Assembly (NCBI GenBank): GCA_036260945.1
Contig: DATALT010000002.1
Location: forward strand, 876,529 to 940,528
Reading direction: 5' to 3'
Length of the DNA stretch: 64,000 bases
From: Candidatus Babeliales bacterium
GTDB lineage: Bacteria > Babelota > Babeliae > Babelales > JACPOV01
The position numbers and the translations under genes were made by a program. This document shows, piece by piece, positions 6,964 through 16,520 of this stretch. The notes under the pieces were generated by a model, which was given only the letters and a program-made list of their open reading frames with translations, ran no database searches and was not told where the DNA came from. The first letter of the stretch is position 1. Every line of letters begins with the position of its first letter.

Positions 6964-9635
6964 GCAAATTTTCCTATCAAGGATCGATCGACTCGCTTGC
7001 GGCCAACATTAATACAAATCTTTCATCTGGCCTCACTCAAAACGAAGCCAAAAAACGTCTTTCTATTTTCGGACTCAATCAACTCGCTGAAAAACCGATA
7101 CCTTCATACTTCTCTATTTTTTTGAGACAGTTTGAAAGCCCTTTGATTTATGTTCTTTTAGCAGCTGCAATTATTATTATGGTAGTTGGCGACACGCTTG
7201 ATGCCCTCATTATTAGTGTCATCTTATTTTTCAACGCCGCAATCGGAACTATCCAAGAAGGACGCACACATCGCCTTCTTGAAAGTTTAAGAAAATATTT
7301 AAAAGCAGATGCTCTTATCGTGCGTGACGGAAAGCAGCAGATTGTTCCAGTGCAAACACTGGTTCCAGGGGATTTACTTCTTTTACAACAAGGAGAACGG
7401 GTTGCTGCTGACGCTCGTTTAGTGCAGGCGCATCTTTTAATGGTCGATGAATCCATTCTTACGGGAGAATCAATCGGCGTGGAAAAAGCTGTTAGTGATC
7501 TGGCGCAAGAATCCTCATTAGCGCATCAAACCAACATGGTTTTTAAGGGTACGTATATTTTATCGGGCACGGGTATCGCACTTGTTACTTCAACAGGAGC
7601 GGCAACAGAGCTGGGCAAAATTGGTGCTCTGGCTGAAACTATTCATACAGAAATACCGCTCAAAAAAGATCTAGATTTTATTTCCCATGTTGTTTTGATA
7701 TTTATTATTCTCACCTGTATTTCTTTATTTGCAATCGGAATCTGGCATGGCAGATCATGGCGCGATTTACTCATCACTTTAAGCGCTCTTTTTATTTGCG
7801 TAGTACCTGAGGGGCTGCCGGTGGTTTTTACGCTATCACTCGTAAATGGCGCTTATCAAATGGCAAAGAAAAACGTTGTCGTAAAAAAATTACAAGCGGC
7901 AGAAGGGCTCGGGCGCACCACCATAATTGTTCTTGATAAAACCGGTACGCTCACAAAAAATGAGATGATGGTTTCCGATATTTATACTCACAATAATTGG
8001 TACACCGTTACCGGAGAAGGATATCATCCTAAAGGCGCTCTTTTGCACAATGGAGCTATCGTGACTTCCCTCCAAGATCATCAATCTTTGGAACTCATGG
8101 CTCATGCTGCATCATTATTGAACCGCACTCAAATAAAAGTCGAGCCTCAAACAGGACTTTTTCTCATTAAAGGGGATCCTACACAAGCCGCACTATTTAT
8201 TTTTTCGCAAAAGATAGGTCTTGATTCTGCACAGTTGCGTAAGATGTATACGTTTGTTGATGAAATTCCTTTTCAGGCAGATCTGCGTTACGCAGCAGAT
8301 TTTTATCTTCACAATAATAAGCTTATTGCTCTGATTATCTGTTCACCCGAATTTGTTATGAACCGTGCATCAAATTATACTCAAGCAGATCGCGTGTCAC
8401 TTGAATCGATGCTGAATGAAGGTTTACGTGTCATCGGTGCAGGCTTTAAAGAATTTGACGCAAGCATACTCAAAGATGGTCCTCTTTCTGATGATCAATT
8501 AAAAAATATGCTCGCAAGCGATCTTAATTTTCTAGGTTTTTTTGGTTTACAAGATACGATTCGCCCAGAAATTGAGCGTATGATTGATCAAGCCCGAACT
8601 GCTGGTTTTAAAATTGTTATGGCTACGGGCGATCATAAAGGAACTGCGTTGTTTGTAGCAAAAAAAGTCGGCATCTATACCGAAAAAAATATTGTTATTG
8701 ACGGTGCTGAATTTGAGCAGATGACAAACCAAGAATTAAATCTAAAGCTGCCCAACGCCACTGTGTTTTCTCGCCTCACCCCGGAACATAAATTGCGTTT
8801 GATTGAATTATATCATGCGCGCGGAGAAATTGTTGCCATGACCGGTGATGGCGTTAACGATGCGCCATCTCTGGTGGCCGCAGATATTGGAATTGCTATG
8901 GGAAAAATTGGAACTGAGGTAGCAAAAGAAGTTGCAGATATTATTCTGCTTGATGATTCATTCAAAACTATTGTTGACGCAATTAGCTATAGCCGTCATA
9001 TTTTTACCACTCTGCGGCGCGTCATTTTATACTTTTTTGCAACCAATTTAGCCGAAGTGCTTTTAATCTTATTTGCCCTCAGCATCAATATTGCCATACT
9101 TCCTTTAACTGCTGTGCAAATTTTTTGGCTTAATTTAGTTACTGATGGTTTTTTAAATGTCGCGCTGGCATTCGAACCAAACTCAACTCAAATATATAAG
9201 CACTTTTCAAAAAAACAAAAGCTTGTCGACACAGAGCTCCTTTTAAAAACATTTTATCTAGCTTTACCCATGGCGGTTGGCTCGTTAGCAATTTTTCTCT
9301 GGTATCTCCCCATATCTGTTCCGCTCGCGCGAACAATGACACTGATTACTATGGCTATGTTTCAATGGATGAATGCGTGGAATTGCCGATCACAGTATTT
9401 AACTAACTTCCAAATAGGTTTTTTTAGTAACCATTGGCTGATCGCAGCAACCTCGTTCGTTTTATTCTTGCAGCTATTGCTCGTGTACGTGCCGTTTATG
9501 CAACGGTTCTTTCATACCGTACCTTTAACGTTAAACCAATGGATTTTAATTTTTCTGATTACTAGTTCCTTAGTAATTACCGAAGAGACACGCAAACTCA
9601 TCGCACAATTTTTGGAAAAAAAGGAAATAGAATGA
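6960..9635 (+). CDS. P-type cation-transporting ATPase (type II, Ca2+/Mg2+-like)
   Basis: TGES (A-domain), DKTGTLT phosphorylation site, TGDGVNDAPSL hinge and about 10 TM segments. ATGA start/stop overlap with the upstream dehydrogenase. Confidence 0.9.
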   Translation: MSKFSYQGSIDSLAANINTNLSSGLTQNEAKKRLSIFGLNQLAEKPIPSYFSIFLRQFESPLIYVLLAAAIIIMVVGDTLDALIISVILFFNAAIGTIQEGRTHRLLESLRKYLKADALIVRDGKQQIVPVQTLVPGDLLLLQQGERVAADARLVQAHLLMVDESILTGESIGVEKAVSDLAQESSLAHQTNMVFKGTYILSGTGIALVTSTGAATELGKIGALAETIHTEIPLKKDLDFISHVVLIFIILTCISLFAIGIWHGRSWRDLLITLSALFICVVPEGLPVVFTLSLVNGAYQMAKKNVVVKKLQAAEGLGRTTIIVLDKTGTLTKNEMMVSDIYTHNNWYTVTGEGYHPKGALLHNGAIVTSLQDHQSLELMAHAASLLNRTQIKVEPQTGLFLIKGDPTQAALFIFSQKIGLDSAQLRKMYTFVDEIPFQADLRYAADFYLHNNKLIALIICSPEFVMNRASNYTQADRVSLESMLNEGLRVIGAGFKEFDASILKDGPLSDDQLKNMLASDLNFLGFFGLQDTIRPEIERMIDQARTAGFKIVMATGDHKGTALFVAKKVGIYTEKNIVIDGAEFEQMTNQELNLKLPNATVFSRLTPEHKLRLIELYHARGEIVAMTGDGVNDAPSLVAADIGIAMGKIGTEVAKEVADIILLDDSFKTIVDAISYSRHIFTTLRRVILYFFATNLAEVLLILFALSINIAILPLTAVQIFWLNLVTDGFLNVALAFEPNSTQIYKHFSKKQKLVDTELLLKTFYLALPMAVGSLAIFLWYLPISVPLARTMTLITMAMFQWMNAWNCRSQYLTNFQIGFFSNHWLIAATSFVLFLQLLLVYVPFMQRFFHTVPLTLNQWILIFLITSSLVITEETRKLIAQFLEKKEIE

Positions 9636-10105
9636 TGCTATTATTTTTGACGCTATTATTTGCTTTTCCATTAACTTCATGCATGGAAAATTCCCATAAT
9701 GATGGCAAAAAACAAAGGCAAACCATTTTAATATCAGATGATGAGACCGATTATCTAATAGACAAACAGACGTATAACGAATATTGGCCGCGCCTGCAAA
9801 AAATTCATAAGGACATTTCGAATGCACCATCGAAAGCAGCGTATCAACTTTTAATCAAGTTGAGCTCAGGGCAGCAATGTACTATTTCAAAAGAGGCTGC
9901 AAAAATGCTTGAACGATACGAATTCCCTCCAGAGCAGAACAAATACACCGATGATCTTTGCGAAGTGATCGAAGTATTCAATACCATAAACCGGATTAAA
10001 TATTCAGATACGGCTATCAACTTTTCCAATTCAACCATTGACTGGTCGCAATTTAATCAAACAAATAAACATGACCCTGCCAATACGAACAAACAAAGTC
10101 AGTAA
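9632..10105 (+). CDS. small secreted protein, family SSP-A (copy 5)
   Basis: ATGA overlap with the ATPase stop. Signal-like MMLLFLTLLFAFPLTSC|ME. Core KQTYNEYWPRLQKI...YQLL...MLERYEFPP...YTDDL (compare YTDDLKKIILAT in copy 3). Confidence 0.6.
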   Translation: MMLLFLTLLFAFPLTSCMENSHNDGKKQRQTILISDDETDYLIDKQTYNEYWPRLQKIHKDISNAPSKAAYQLLIKLSSGQQCTISKEAAKMLERYEFPPEQNKYTDDLCEVIEVFNTINRIKYSDTAINFSNSTIDWSQFNQTNKHDPANTNKQSQ

Positions 10106-10134
10106 CAGCTTTAATTTCTTTGAATTCTGCCCAT

Positions 10135-10162
10135 TTGACTGCTCATCCAAATGGGATAGACT
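10135..10162 (+). promoter_or_regulatory. candidate sigma70-like promoter for skp-pth
   Basis: TTGACT (10135-10140), 16-nt spacer, TAGACT (10157-10162), about 44 nt upstream of the ATG at 10206. Confidence 0.3.
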
Positions 10163-10205
10163 AAAATAACATTTTAAAACTTCTATTTTGCAAAAGGATG
10201 AGCCC

Positions 10206-10877
10206 ATGAAATCGGTCTGCATCAAAACATATCTTACACTCTTTACATTGCTGCTCTGCCCCAAAATGTATTCAATGGCAGGAACTGCTCAAATGCCTTC
10301 AGATAAGAAAGTTGCCGATCTTTCAGTGAAAGATTTACAACAAATGATTAAGGATACGATTCAAAGTTTACTTGCATTTGTGGATCCTTATTCAATTTTA
10401 CAAAAACTTGATGAAGTAAAAGATGCTGAGCAAAAACTCAAAGCGGATCTTGAAGCAAAAGAGCGCCAAATTGTAGATATTCAAAATAAGATCAAACAAA
10501 AAGAGGCAGAGTTTCAAGCAAAGGCTCCCGCGCTGAGCCCCGATGCCCGTGAAAAATATCAATCCGATATTATGAGCTTGCGCGCACAAGGACAAACAAA
10601 ACTAGAAGGCTTGCAAGCGTTCATGCAACAAGCTCAGCAAGAACTTGAAATGCGTTTCTTGAAAAAAATCCAAGAAGCTGCTGAAGAAATTGCAAATGAA
10701 GAAGGAATTATCCTTGTTCAAGGCGCCGGCATTGTATATGGTTCTAAAGCACTCAACATTTCTGATAAAGTTTCAGCTCGCATGAATAAAAAATATGGCG
10801 AAGAAAAACGCAAGAGCATGAAACCAGTAATAACTCCAGCTGCGCAACCATCTTCTTTGCCAACAGCACCAAAATAA
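10206..10877 (+). CDS. skp: periplasmic chaperone Skp/OmpH family
   Basis: Signal peptide, a long Lys/Glu/Gln coiled-coil (KLKADLEAKERQIVDIQNKIKQKEAEFQAK...) and then the typical IILVQGAGIVYGSKALNISDKV end. ATG at 10206 with AAGGA upstream. Confidence 0.7.
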   Translation: MKSVCIKTYLTLFTLLLCPKMYSMAGTAQMPSDKKVADLSVKDLQQMIKDTIQSLLAFVDPYSILQKLDEVKDAEQKLKADLEAKERQIVDIQNKIKQKEAEFQAKAPALSPDAREKYQSDIMSLRAQGQTKLEGLQAFMQQAQQELEMRFLKKIQEAAEEIANEEGIILVQGAGIVYGSKALNISDKVSARMNKKYGEEKRKSMKPVITPAAQPSSLPTAPK

Positions 10878-10880
10878 CTC

Positions 10881-11426
10881 ATGCAACTCGCTCCAATAAC
10901 AGCGTTAAAAGATATTAAAGCAATTATCGGGCTAGGAAATCCTGGCCCGAAATTTGCCCGTACGCGGCATAATATCGGTTTTATGATCATTGATGCGCTG
11001 GCAGATCAATCAAGTGCTCCGTGGCACACCAAAGGGAACATGGAAGTTGCCTCGATCGATATCAATGGCAACAAAGTTCTTCTGATTAAACCGCAAACAT
11101 TTATGAATGTGTCGGGAAGAGTGCTGCCGGAACTTGCCAAGCAAGGAATCAAAAAAGAAAATATTCTGGTTATCCACGACGAGTTAGAATTACCATTTGG
11201 TAAACTAAAAGTGCGTGCAGGCGGCAGCGCCAAAGGGCATAATGGATTGAAATCTATTATCGAAATAATAGGCCCAGAATTTGCACGCTTATCAGTCGGT
11301 ATTGATCGTCCGGTAAATCGGGAAGAGGTGCCGGATTATGTATTGCAAAATTTTTCTGAAAGTGCAGAGGCACTTGACGAAATGATTAATCAGGCTATAA
11401 AAAAAATTAGAGAAGTGTGCACATAG
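10881..11426 (+). CDS. pth: peptidyl-tRNA hydrolase
   Basis: IIGLGNPGPKFARTRHNIGF N-terminal signature, GHNGLKS, ~180 aa. Confidence 0.95.
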   Translation: MQLAPITALKDIKAIIGLGNPGPKFARTRHNIGFMIIDALADQSSAPWHTKGNMEVASIDINGNKVLLIKPQTFMNVSGRVLPELAKQGIKKENILVIHDELELPFGKLKVRAGGSAKGHNGLKSIIEIIGPEFARLSVGIDRPVNREEVPDYVLQNFSESAEALDEMINQAIKKIREVCT

Positions 11427-12303
11427 AAGATTTTTTATTCTCTTTAGGTACTAATGCAACACTATTAGGATACAGCGTCGTGTGGCGCTCATATAATTTC
11501 TTAGCCTTTTTCCATTCATCAAATTTAATTGGTCTTAGATGAGGTTGGTAGTCTAATCGTAAATCATGAATTTTTATCAACTGATCTCGCTGGTCTGCAG
11601 TAAATGTATCAAATATTGCGCGCCACCTAGAGCCTTTATTTAAATCAACTTTACGCACTGATTCATTGTAAGACTTCTCGAGTAAATTTATTAATAAGCA
11701 CTGTTGGATAGAAAGCTTAGAAGTTTTATAAGCTTCGGACATCTCATCCGTAACCATTTTCATATAACCCTTATCAAGCAAATTAATAACAGAAGCATCT
11801 CGTTCGAGTAGATGCAAAAAACTAAGAGTTCTCCATTTTGCTGATAAATGAATCTTTGCTAAAAATGAATCACTTTTATTTGCTAAATAATCACAACATT
11901 TAAGATACTCAACCAACTCGATAAGAGCAAGATCGTTGTGTCCCGCCATAAACAATGCAAATTGCTTTTCTGTGATGCCAGACAAATATAAAGGATTCTT
12001 TTCTGTGCGGCCAGCTGACTCTAATGCAGAAAGTTCCTGATCCGTCAATTCGTCATTAAAATAATCATCAGGATTAGGGTTATAATCTTTTCTAAGCACT
12101 TGGCGCAGGTAAGGGGCTTTTCGAATAAATTTTTCTATTGTGTACTCGTCCCAATCATAATAAATCTGATCTTTAAACTGTAAAAAATAACCAGTGCTTG
12201 CGGGAGTATTATTGTTGTTGGTTGAGCGCTGCTCCATGGCAGAGCTTACACCGCTTAAGAAAAATAATATTACCCATAATAAATACATCATAATGATCCC
12301 CAA
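11407..12303 (-). CDS. exported hypothetical protein with a possible BTB/POZ-like segment
   Basis: Signal-like MMYLLWVILFFLSGVSSA|ME. Segment PLYLSGITEKQFALFMAGHNDLALIELVEYLKCCDYL resembles the BTB core/helix pattern (weak, by eye). Confidence 0.55.
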   Translation of the reverse strand: MGIIMMYLLWVILFFLSGVSSAMEQRSTNNNNTPASTGYFLQFKDQIYYDWDEYTIEKFIRKAPYLRQVLRKDYNPNPDDYFNDELTDQELSALESAGRTEKNPLYLSGITEKQFALFMAGHNDLALIELVEYLKCCDYLANKSDSFLAKIHLSAKWRTLSFLHLLERDASVINLLDKGYMKMVTDEMSEAYKTSKLSIQQCLLINLLEKSYNESVRKVDLNKGSRWRAIFDTFTADQRDQLIKIHDLRLDYQPHLRPIKFDEWKKAKKLYERHTTLYPNSVALVPKENKKSSMCTLL

Positions 12304-12428
12304 ATTAAATTATAATGTATCAGCCTAGTATTATTATTTCAAATAGTCAAATTTGGCTGTTTTATAGCGTTCTATAAATAGAGCAATTTGCAAAAAAATC
12401 TGCTGAATAATTCTCTAAATCGCTCCGA

Positions 12429-15014
12429 TTACTTACTCGAAACCCATTTCTTAAGCTCAGCGGCAAATTTATGTGCGTCAACCGCTGGCCCGCCGCCTTG
12501 AAGCAATTCTGCCTTACCGCCGCCGTGCATATTGAACGATGTTTTGAGCCATTCTGAAATATCCTTAAGCACAAACGTTTTTATCGTTGGCGAAAGAAGT
12601 GCGACAAATGAACTTTGCTGTGCAGAGTTGAATAAGAAGTAAAATCCTTGTTTTGCGCGCATTAATTCGTGCCCAATTTCGCGCAGTTCATCAACCGACG
12701 CATCATTAAATGACAAGAATAAAAATGGAATCCCGTTAATATTTTCAATGCGTTCGCGCCACTGCGGAAGCTGCAAATGCATCATTTGTTTTTTTAGATT
12801 CCGTATTGAATCGTTTGCAGCTTTTAATTGCTCACGATGCTTTGCAATCGCATCCATCACTTGCTCAACCGGCACTTTAAAATCGGTGCTCAACTTTTTT
12901 GAAATCGCAAATGTCTGCTGATACGTTTCTATAGCTTTGGGGCCTGTAAGCGCGACAATGCGCTTTTGCCCTGCAGCAAGAGATGTTAATTCAGTAATTT
13001 TGAAGCATCCAATATCGCCGGTTTGGCGTACGTGCGTGCCACCGCAAAGTTCTGCAGAAAAACCTGGAACATCGATCACGCGCACTTTTTCAGGATTATA
13101 TTTTTCGCCAAATATCGCCATCACGCCGCGTTTAATTGCATCGTTATAATTAGTTTCAGTAACAGAAACGGGAATATTTTCTCTAATTTTATCGTTTACT
13201 AAATCTTCGACTTGTTTAATTTGCTCGGCAGAGATCGGATTATGGTACGTAAAATCGAAACGCAAATAATCAGGATCTACCAATGAACCAGCTTGGCGAA
13301 CTTCGCTTCCCAGTAATTTAATAAGGGCTGCTTGGAGCAAATGCGTTGCGGTATGATTGTACATAGTATTCAACCGCACTTGTTTATCAACAACAGATGT
13401 AATTGCATCACCAACTGAAATTGGTTTGATGGTTTTAATACGCGCAGCGATTGCATTATCTATTCTTTTTAAACCAATCAGCGGCGCTTGAAACCCATCG
13501 ATTTTAAGAGAGCCTTGATCGCTCACTTGCCCGCCCTTCTCCACATAAAATGGAGATTTTGATGCAATCACCCACACATCACTTCCCGCAGGGGCTTTTT
13601 CCACTTCATGATTATCGACAATCAGCGCAGTAATTTTTGAAGGGGTCTCAAGATCGGTATAACCGGTAAAATCTGTTTTAATATTTTCGCCCAATTGAAT
13701 TTCATGAACCGTCTCTTTTTTTCCTGAGCGTTCGCGTTGCTGCTCCATCTCTTTTTCGTATGCAAGAATATCTACTTCAAACCCTTTTTCTTGAGCAATA
13801 ATGCGGGTTATTTCAAGAGGGAATCCATACGTATCGTAAAGTTTAAACGCCTGAGGCCCCGAAACTATTTTATTTTTTGCATGCTTAAAATAATCGGCAA
13901 GCATTTCTTGACCTTTAGTCAAATTCGCATCAAATTTTTCTACTTCTTGTTCAAGAAGCATAATGATGCGTGAGCGGTGCTGAGCCAGTTCAGGATATAC
14001 TGAACCCATATCTTCAATTACCGCATCAACAAGTAAAGGGAAAATCGGTTTTTCGATTAATTTTTTAGAAAATAATGCAGCACGGCGGATTACCTTGCGC
14101 AGAACATAACCACGGCCATCATTGGATGGAGTCGCGCCGTCTGCAATTAAAAAAGTTGATGCGCGAATGTGGTCTGCAAGTACATGAAATGCCGCTTTTT
14201 TTTCTTTATCTTGCTGCGCATATTTTTTGCCGGTTAATTGCTCAATACGAGAAATAACATGCGCAAAAACGTCGGTTTCATAAACCGTATCTTTTCCTTC
14301 TAGAAGCAATGCGAGCCGCTCAAGCCCCATGCCAGTATCAACGCCGGGTGATTTGAGCGATTTATCACTGCCATCAGGTTGACGATCAAATTGCATGAAA
14401 ACCAAATTCCATACTTCTAGATAACGATCGCATGAACATCCCGGCTTGCAATCAGGTTTTTTACAACCATAGTTGGAGCCCCGATCAATATAAATTTCAG
14501 AGCATGGGCCGCACGGGCCGGTATCGCCCATTTGCCAAAAGTTATCAGCTTCGCCTAATTTATGAATGCGCTCTGCAGGAAGGCCTACCTGCTTATTCCA
14601 AATTTCAAACGCTTCTTCGTCTTTATAATAAACTGATGCATGCATTACTTCCGGCTTAAATTTCATCGAACCGGTCAGAAAATCCCAAGCAAACTGAATC
14701 GCCTCTTTTTTAAAATAATCCCCGAAAGAGAAATTCCCCATCATTTCAAAAAAAGTTAGATGGCGTGCTGTAAAGCCAACATTATCAAGATCGTTGTGCT
14801 TGCCACCTGCGCGCATACATTTTTGAATGCTTACCGCTCGTTTATAGCTGCGCGTTTCTTTACCCAAAAAGAGATCCTTAAACTGATTCATCCCAGCATT
14901 GGTAAAAAGAATCGTTGGATCTTGTGCTGGAATAAGCGAAGAACTTGGCACTTGCGTGTGCCCGCGGCTAACAAAGAAATCGAAAAAGAGTTTACGAATT
15001 TCAAGCGATTGCAT
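12429..15014 (-). CDS. alaS: alanine--tRNA ligase
   Basis: FTNAGMNQFK, editing-domain HTATHLLQAAL and CGGTHV, ~860 aa. Confidence 0.97.
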   Translation of the reverse strand: MQSLEIRKLFFDFFVSRGHTQVPSSSLIPAQDPTILFTNAGMNQFKDLFLGKETRSYKRAVSIQKCMRAGGKHNDLDNVGFTARHLTFFEMMGNFSFGDYFKKEAIQFAWDFLTGSMKFKPEVMHASVYYKDEEAFEIWNKQVGLPAERIHKLGEADNFWQMGDTGPCGPCSEIYIDRGSNYGCKKPDCKPGCSCDRYLEVWNLVFMQFDRQPDGSDKSLKSPGVDTGMGLERLALLLEGKDTVYETDVFAHVISRIEQLTGKKYAQQDKEKKAAFHVLADHIRASTFLIADGATPSNDGRGYVLRKVIRRAALFSKKLIEKPIFPLLVDAVIEDMGSVYPELAQHRSRIIMLLEQEVEKFDANLTKGQEMLADYFKHAKNKIVSGPQAFKLYDTYGFPLEITRIIAQEKGFEVDILAYEKEMEQQRERSGKKETVHEIQLGENIKTDFTGYTDLETPSKITALIVDNHEVEKAPAGSDVWVIASKSPFYVEKGGQVSDQGSLKIDGFQAPLIGLKRIDNAIAARIKTIKPISVGDAITSVVDKQVRLNTMYNHTATHLLQAALIKLLGSEVRQAGSLVDPDYLRFDFTYHNPISAEQIKQVEDLVNDKIRENIPVSVTETNYNDAIKRGVMAIFGEKYNPEKVRVIDVPGFSAELCGGTHVRQTGDIGCFKITELTSLAAGQKRIVALTGPKAIETYQQTFAISKKLSTDFKVPVEQVMDAIAKHREQLKAANDSIRNLKKQMMHLQLPQWRERIENINGIPFLFLSFNDASVDELREIGHELMRAKQGFYFLFNSAQQSSFVALLSPTIKTFVLKDISEWLKTSFNMHGGGKAELLQGGGPAVDAHKFAAELKKWVSSK

Positions 15015-15117
15015 TGATTTATCCTTATAAGACGAGCAGAATCGATGTATTTTACTCTAGCACAAACCATTTTGGGCGTCGAGACCATCTCAAAAATGGA
15101 TTCGTTATTTGAACTCG

Positions 15118-15159
15118 CTAAATGCGGGGCTGCTCATAAATCTTTTTCAAATCGGTACC
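15118..15159 (-). pseudogene. 13-codon relic duplicating the 3' end of the HIT gene
   Basis: The minus strand reads GGT ACC GAT TTG AAA AAG ATT TAT GAG CAG CCC CGC ATT TAG = GTDLKKIYEQPRI*. The intact HIT ORF ends ...GTDLKKIYEQLLPEFGAFLQKRV*. An in-frame TGA two codons upstream of the GGT shows it is only a fragment. Confidence 0.6.
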
Positions 15160-15160
15160 T
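15134..15160. repeat. 27-nt direct repeat, copy A (tcataaatctttttcaaatcggtAcct)
   Basis: 26/27 identical to 16567..16593 in the same orientation. Lies in the alaS / serine-hydrolase intergenic region. Confidence 0.85.
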
Positions 15161-15278
15161 TTAAATCAATAAAAAGTTCCTATTGGGGTCAACGGCCCGT
15201 TGTGACCTTTTTTGCCTATTTTATAGAAATTTTTGGTTAATTTTTTATAATTTAAGCACATTTAAACCAGAGGTCTTA

Positions 15279-16511
15279 ATGAAGCATAAAATAACAGTGG
15301 TAGTTATTCTTTTCTTTCTCATGCCATTCACCATTACAAGTAATCCTAATTCTTCCGCACTTTTCCAAAGTATAAAAAACCTTTTTGCAACAAGGGGTAA
15401 AAATCGTATCATTAATGGTACTTTTTTAGTCGCACATGGGGCCGATGGTATATTTAATGAAGGTTTTGGCTGGGCAGATAAAGAACGAAAAATTAAAAAC
15501 AGCTCAAAGAGCCAGTATCTCATTGGCTCTATTACTAAACAATTCACGGCGGTCGCTATTTTAAAATTGGTTGATCAAGGCAACATAGATCTGCATAAAC
15601 CAATCAGCACTTATTTGCCGCATCATCATCCTATTTGGTGCGGCAATTTTCAAGAATGGGCAAACACGATCACGATTCATCATTTGCTCATCCACAGTTC
15701 AGGACTTCCTGAATATGTTCGCCTTGAAGGCTTTGGTGATTTTTACAAAAAACCGCGATCATCCAAAGAGTTTATTACTTTCATCAGCGATCAACAACTT
15801 TCTTTTGAACCCGGGAGCAAATATGAATACAGCGGCACGGGCTACAATATTTTAGGAATTATTATTGAATCGGTCACTGGAATTGATTATGGATCATTTT
15901 TGGCCAAGGAATTATTTAAACCACTTAATATGAAGAGTACCTATGCTGCACATCGTGAAATGCTAAGCTGCGTACAGAAAATTCATCCAGAATTGAGCAT
16001 AGGCTATAATCTCGATGAGCAAACAAAAGAATTGCAACCAGGCGATAATGTTAACATGACGACAGCTTTTGCTGAGGCCTCAATTATTTCAAATACTGAT
16101 GATTTGCACGCATGGAATTTAGCTCTTTACGCAGGAAAAATTATTTCTGCAAAAAGCCTCGAGCTTATGCTGACTCCTCACCTGCAAACAAACTATAAAA
16201 ATATGGCTACCGGCTACGGCGTTCTCATATACAAAAGTCCTGAAGAATTTTTTTATAAACATGATGGGATGATAAACGGCTACCAAAGTTCTTTGCTCTA
16301 TCAACCAAAGCATAAACTAACTATTGTCGGCTTGAGCAATGCATTGGGATCAAACCCAGATGAACTAGTTTATAAAATACAAGATTTGGTTAATGAATAC
16401 TTAGGAAAACAATCACCAGGCACAGGCAAAACGACATTACTTGTTGCAGTCATTGCTTTTTTGATCATAATACTGTTCTTTTCAATGCACCGGCGCAATT
16501 TTTTTAAATAA
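15279..16511 (+). CDS. serine hydrolase of the beta-lactamase / penicillin-binding (class C-like) family, with a C-terminal TM anchor
   Basis: S-x-x-K motif GSITKQF, YSGTGYN, N-terminal signal/anchor and C-terminal TLLVAVIAFLIIILFF. Start moved to the ATG at 15279 (SD AGAGG). Confidence 0.8.
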   Translation: MKHKITVVVILFFLMPFTITSNPNSSALFQSIKNLFATRGKNRIINGTFLVAHGADGIFNEGFGWADKERKIKNSSKSQYLIGSITKQFTAVAILKLVDQGNIDLHKPISTYLPHHHPIWCGNFQEWANTITIHHLLIHSSGLPEYVRLEGFGDFYKKPRSSKEFITFISDQQLSFEPGSKYEYSGTGYNILGIIIESVTGIDYGSFLAKELFKPLNMKSTYAAHREMLSCVQKIHPELSIGYNLDEQTKELQPGDNVNMTTAFAEASIISNTDDLHAWNLALYAGKIISAKSLELMLTPHLQTNYKNMATGYGVLIYKSPEEFFYKHDGMINGYQSSLLYQPKHKLTIVGLSNALGSNPDELVYKIQDLVNEYLGKQSPGTGKTTLLVAVIAFLIIILFFSMHRRNFFK

Positions 16512-16520
16512 TAATTCAAA

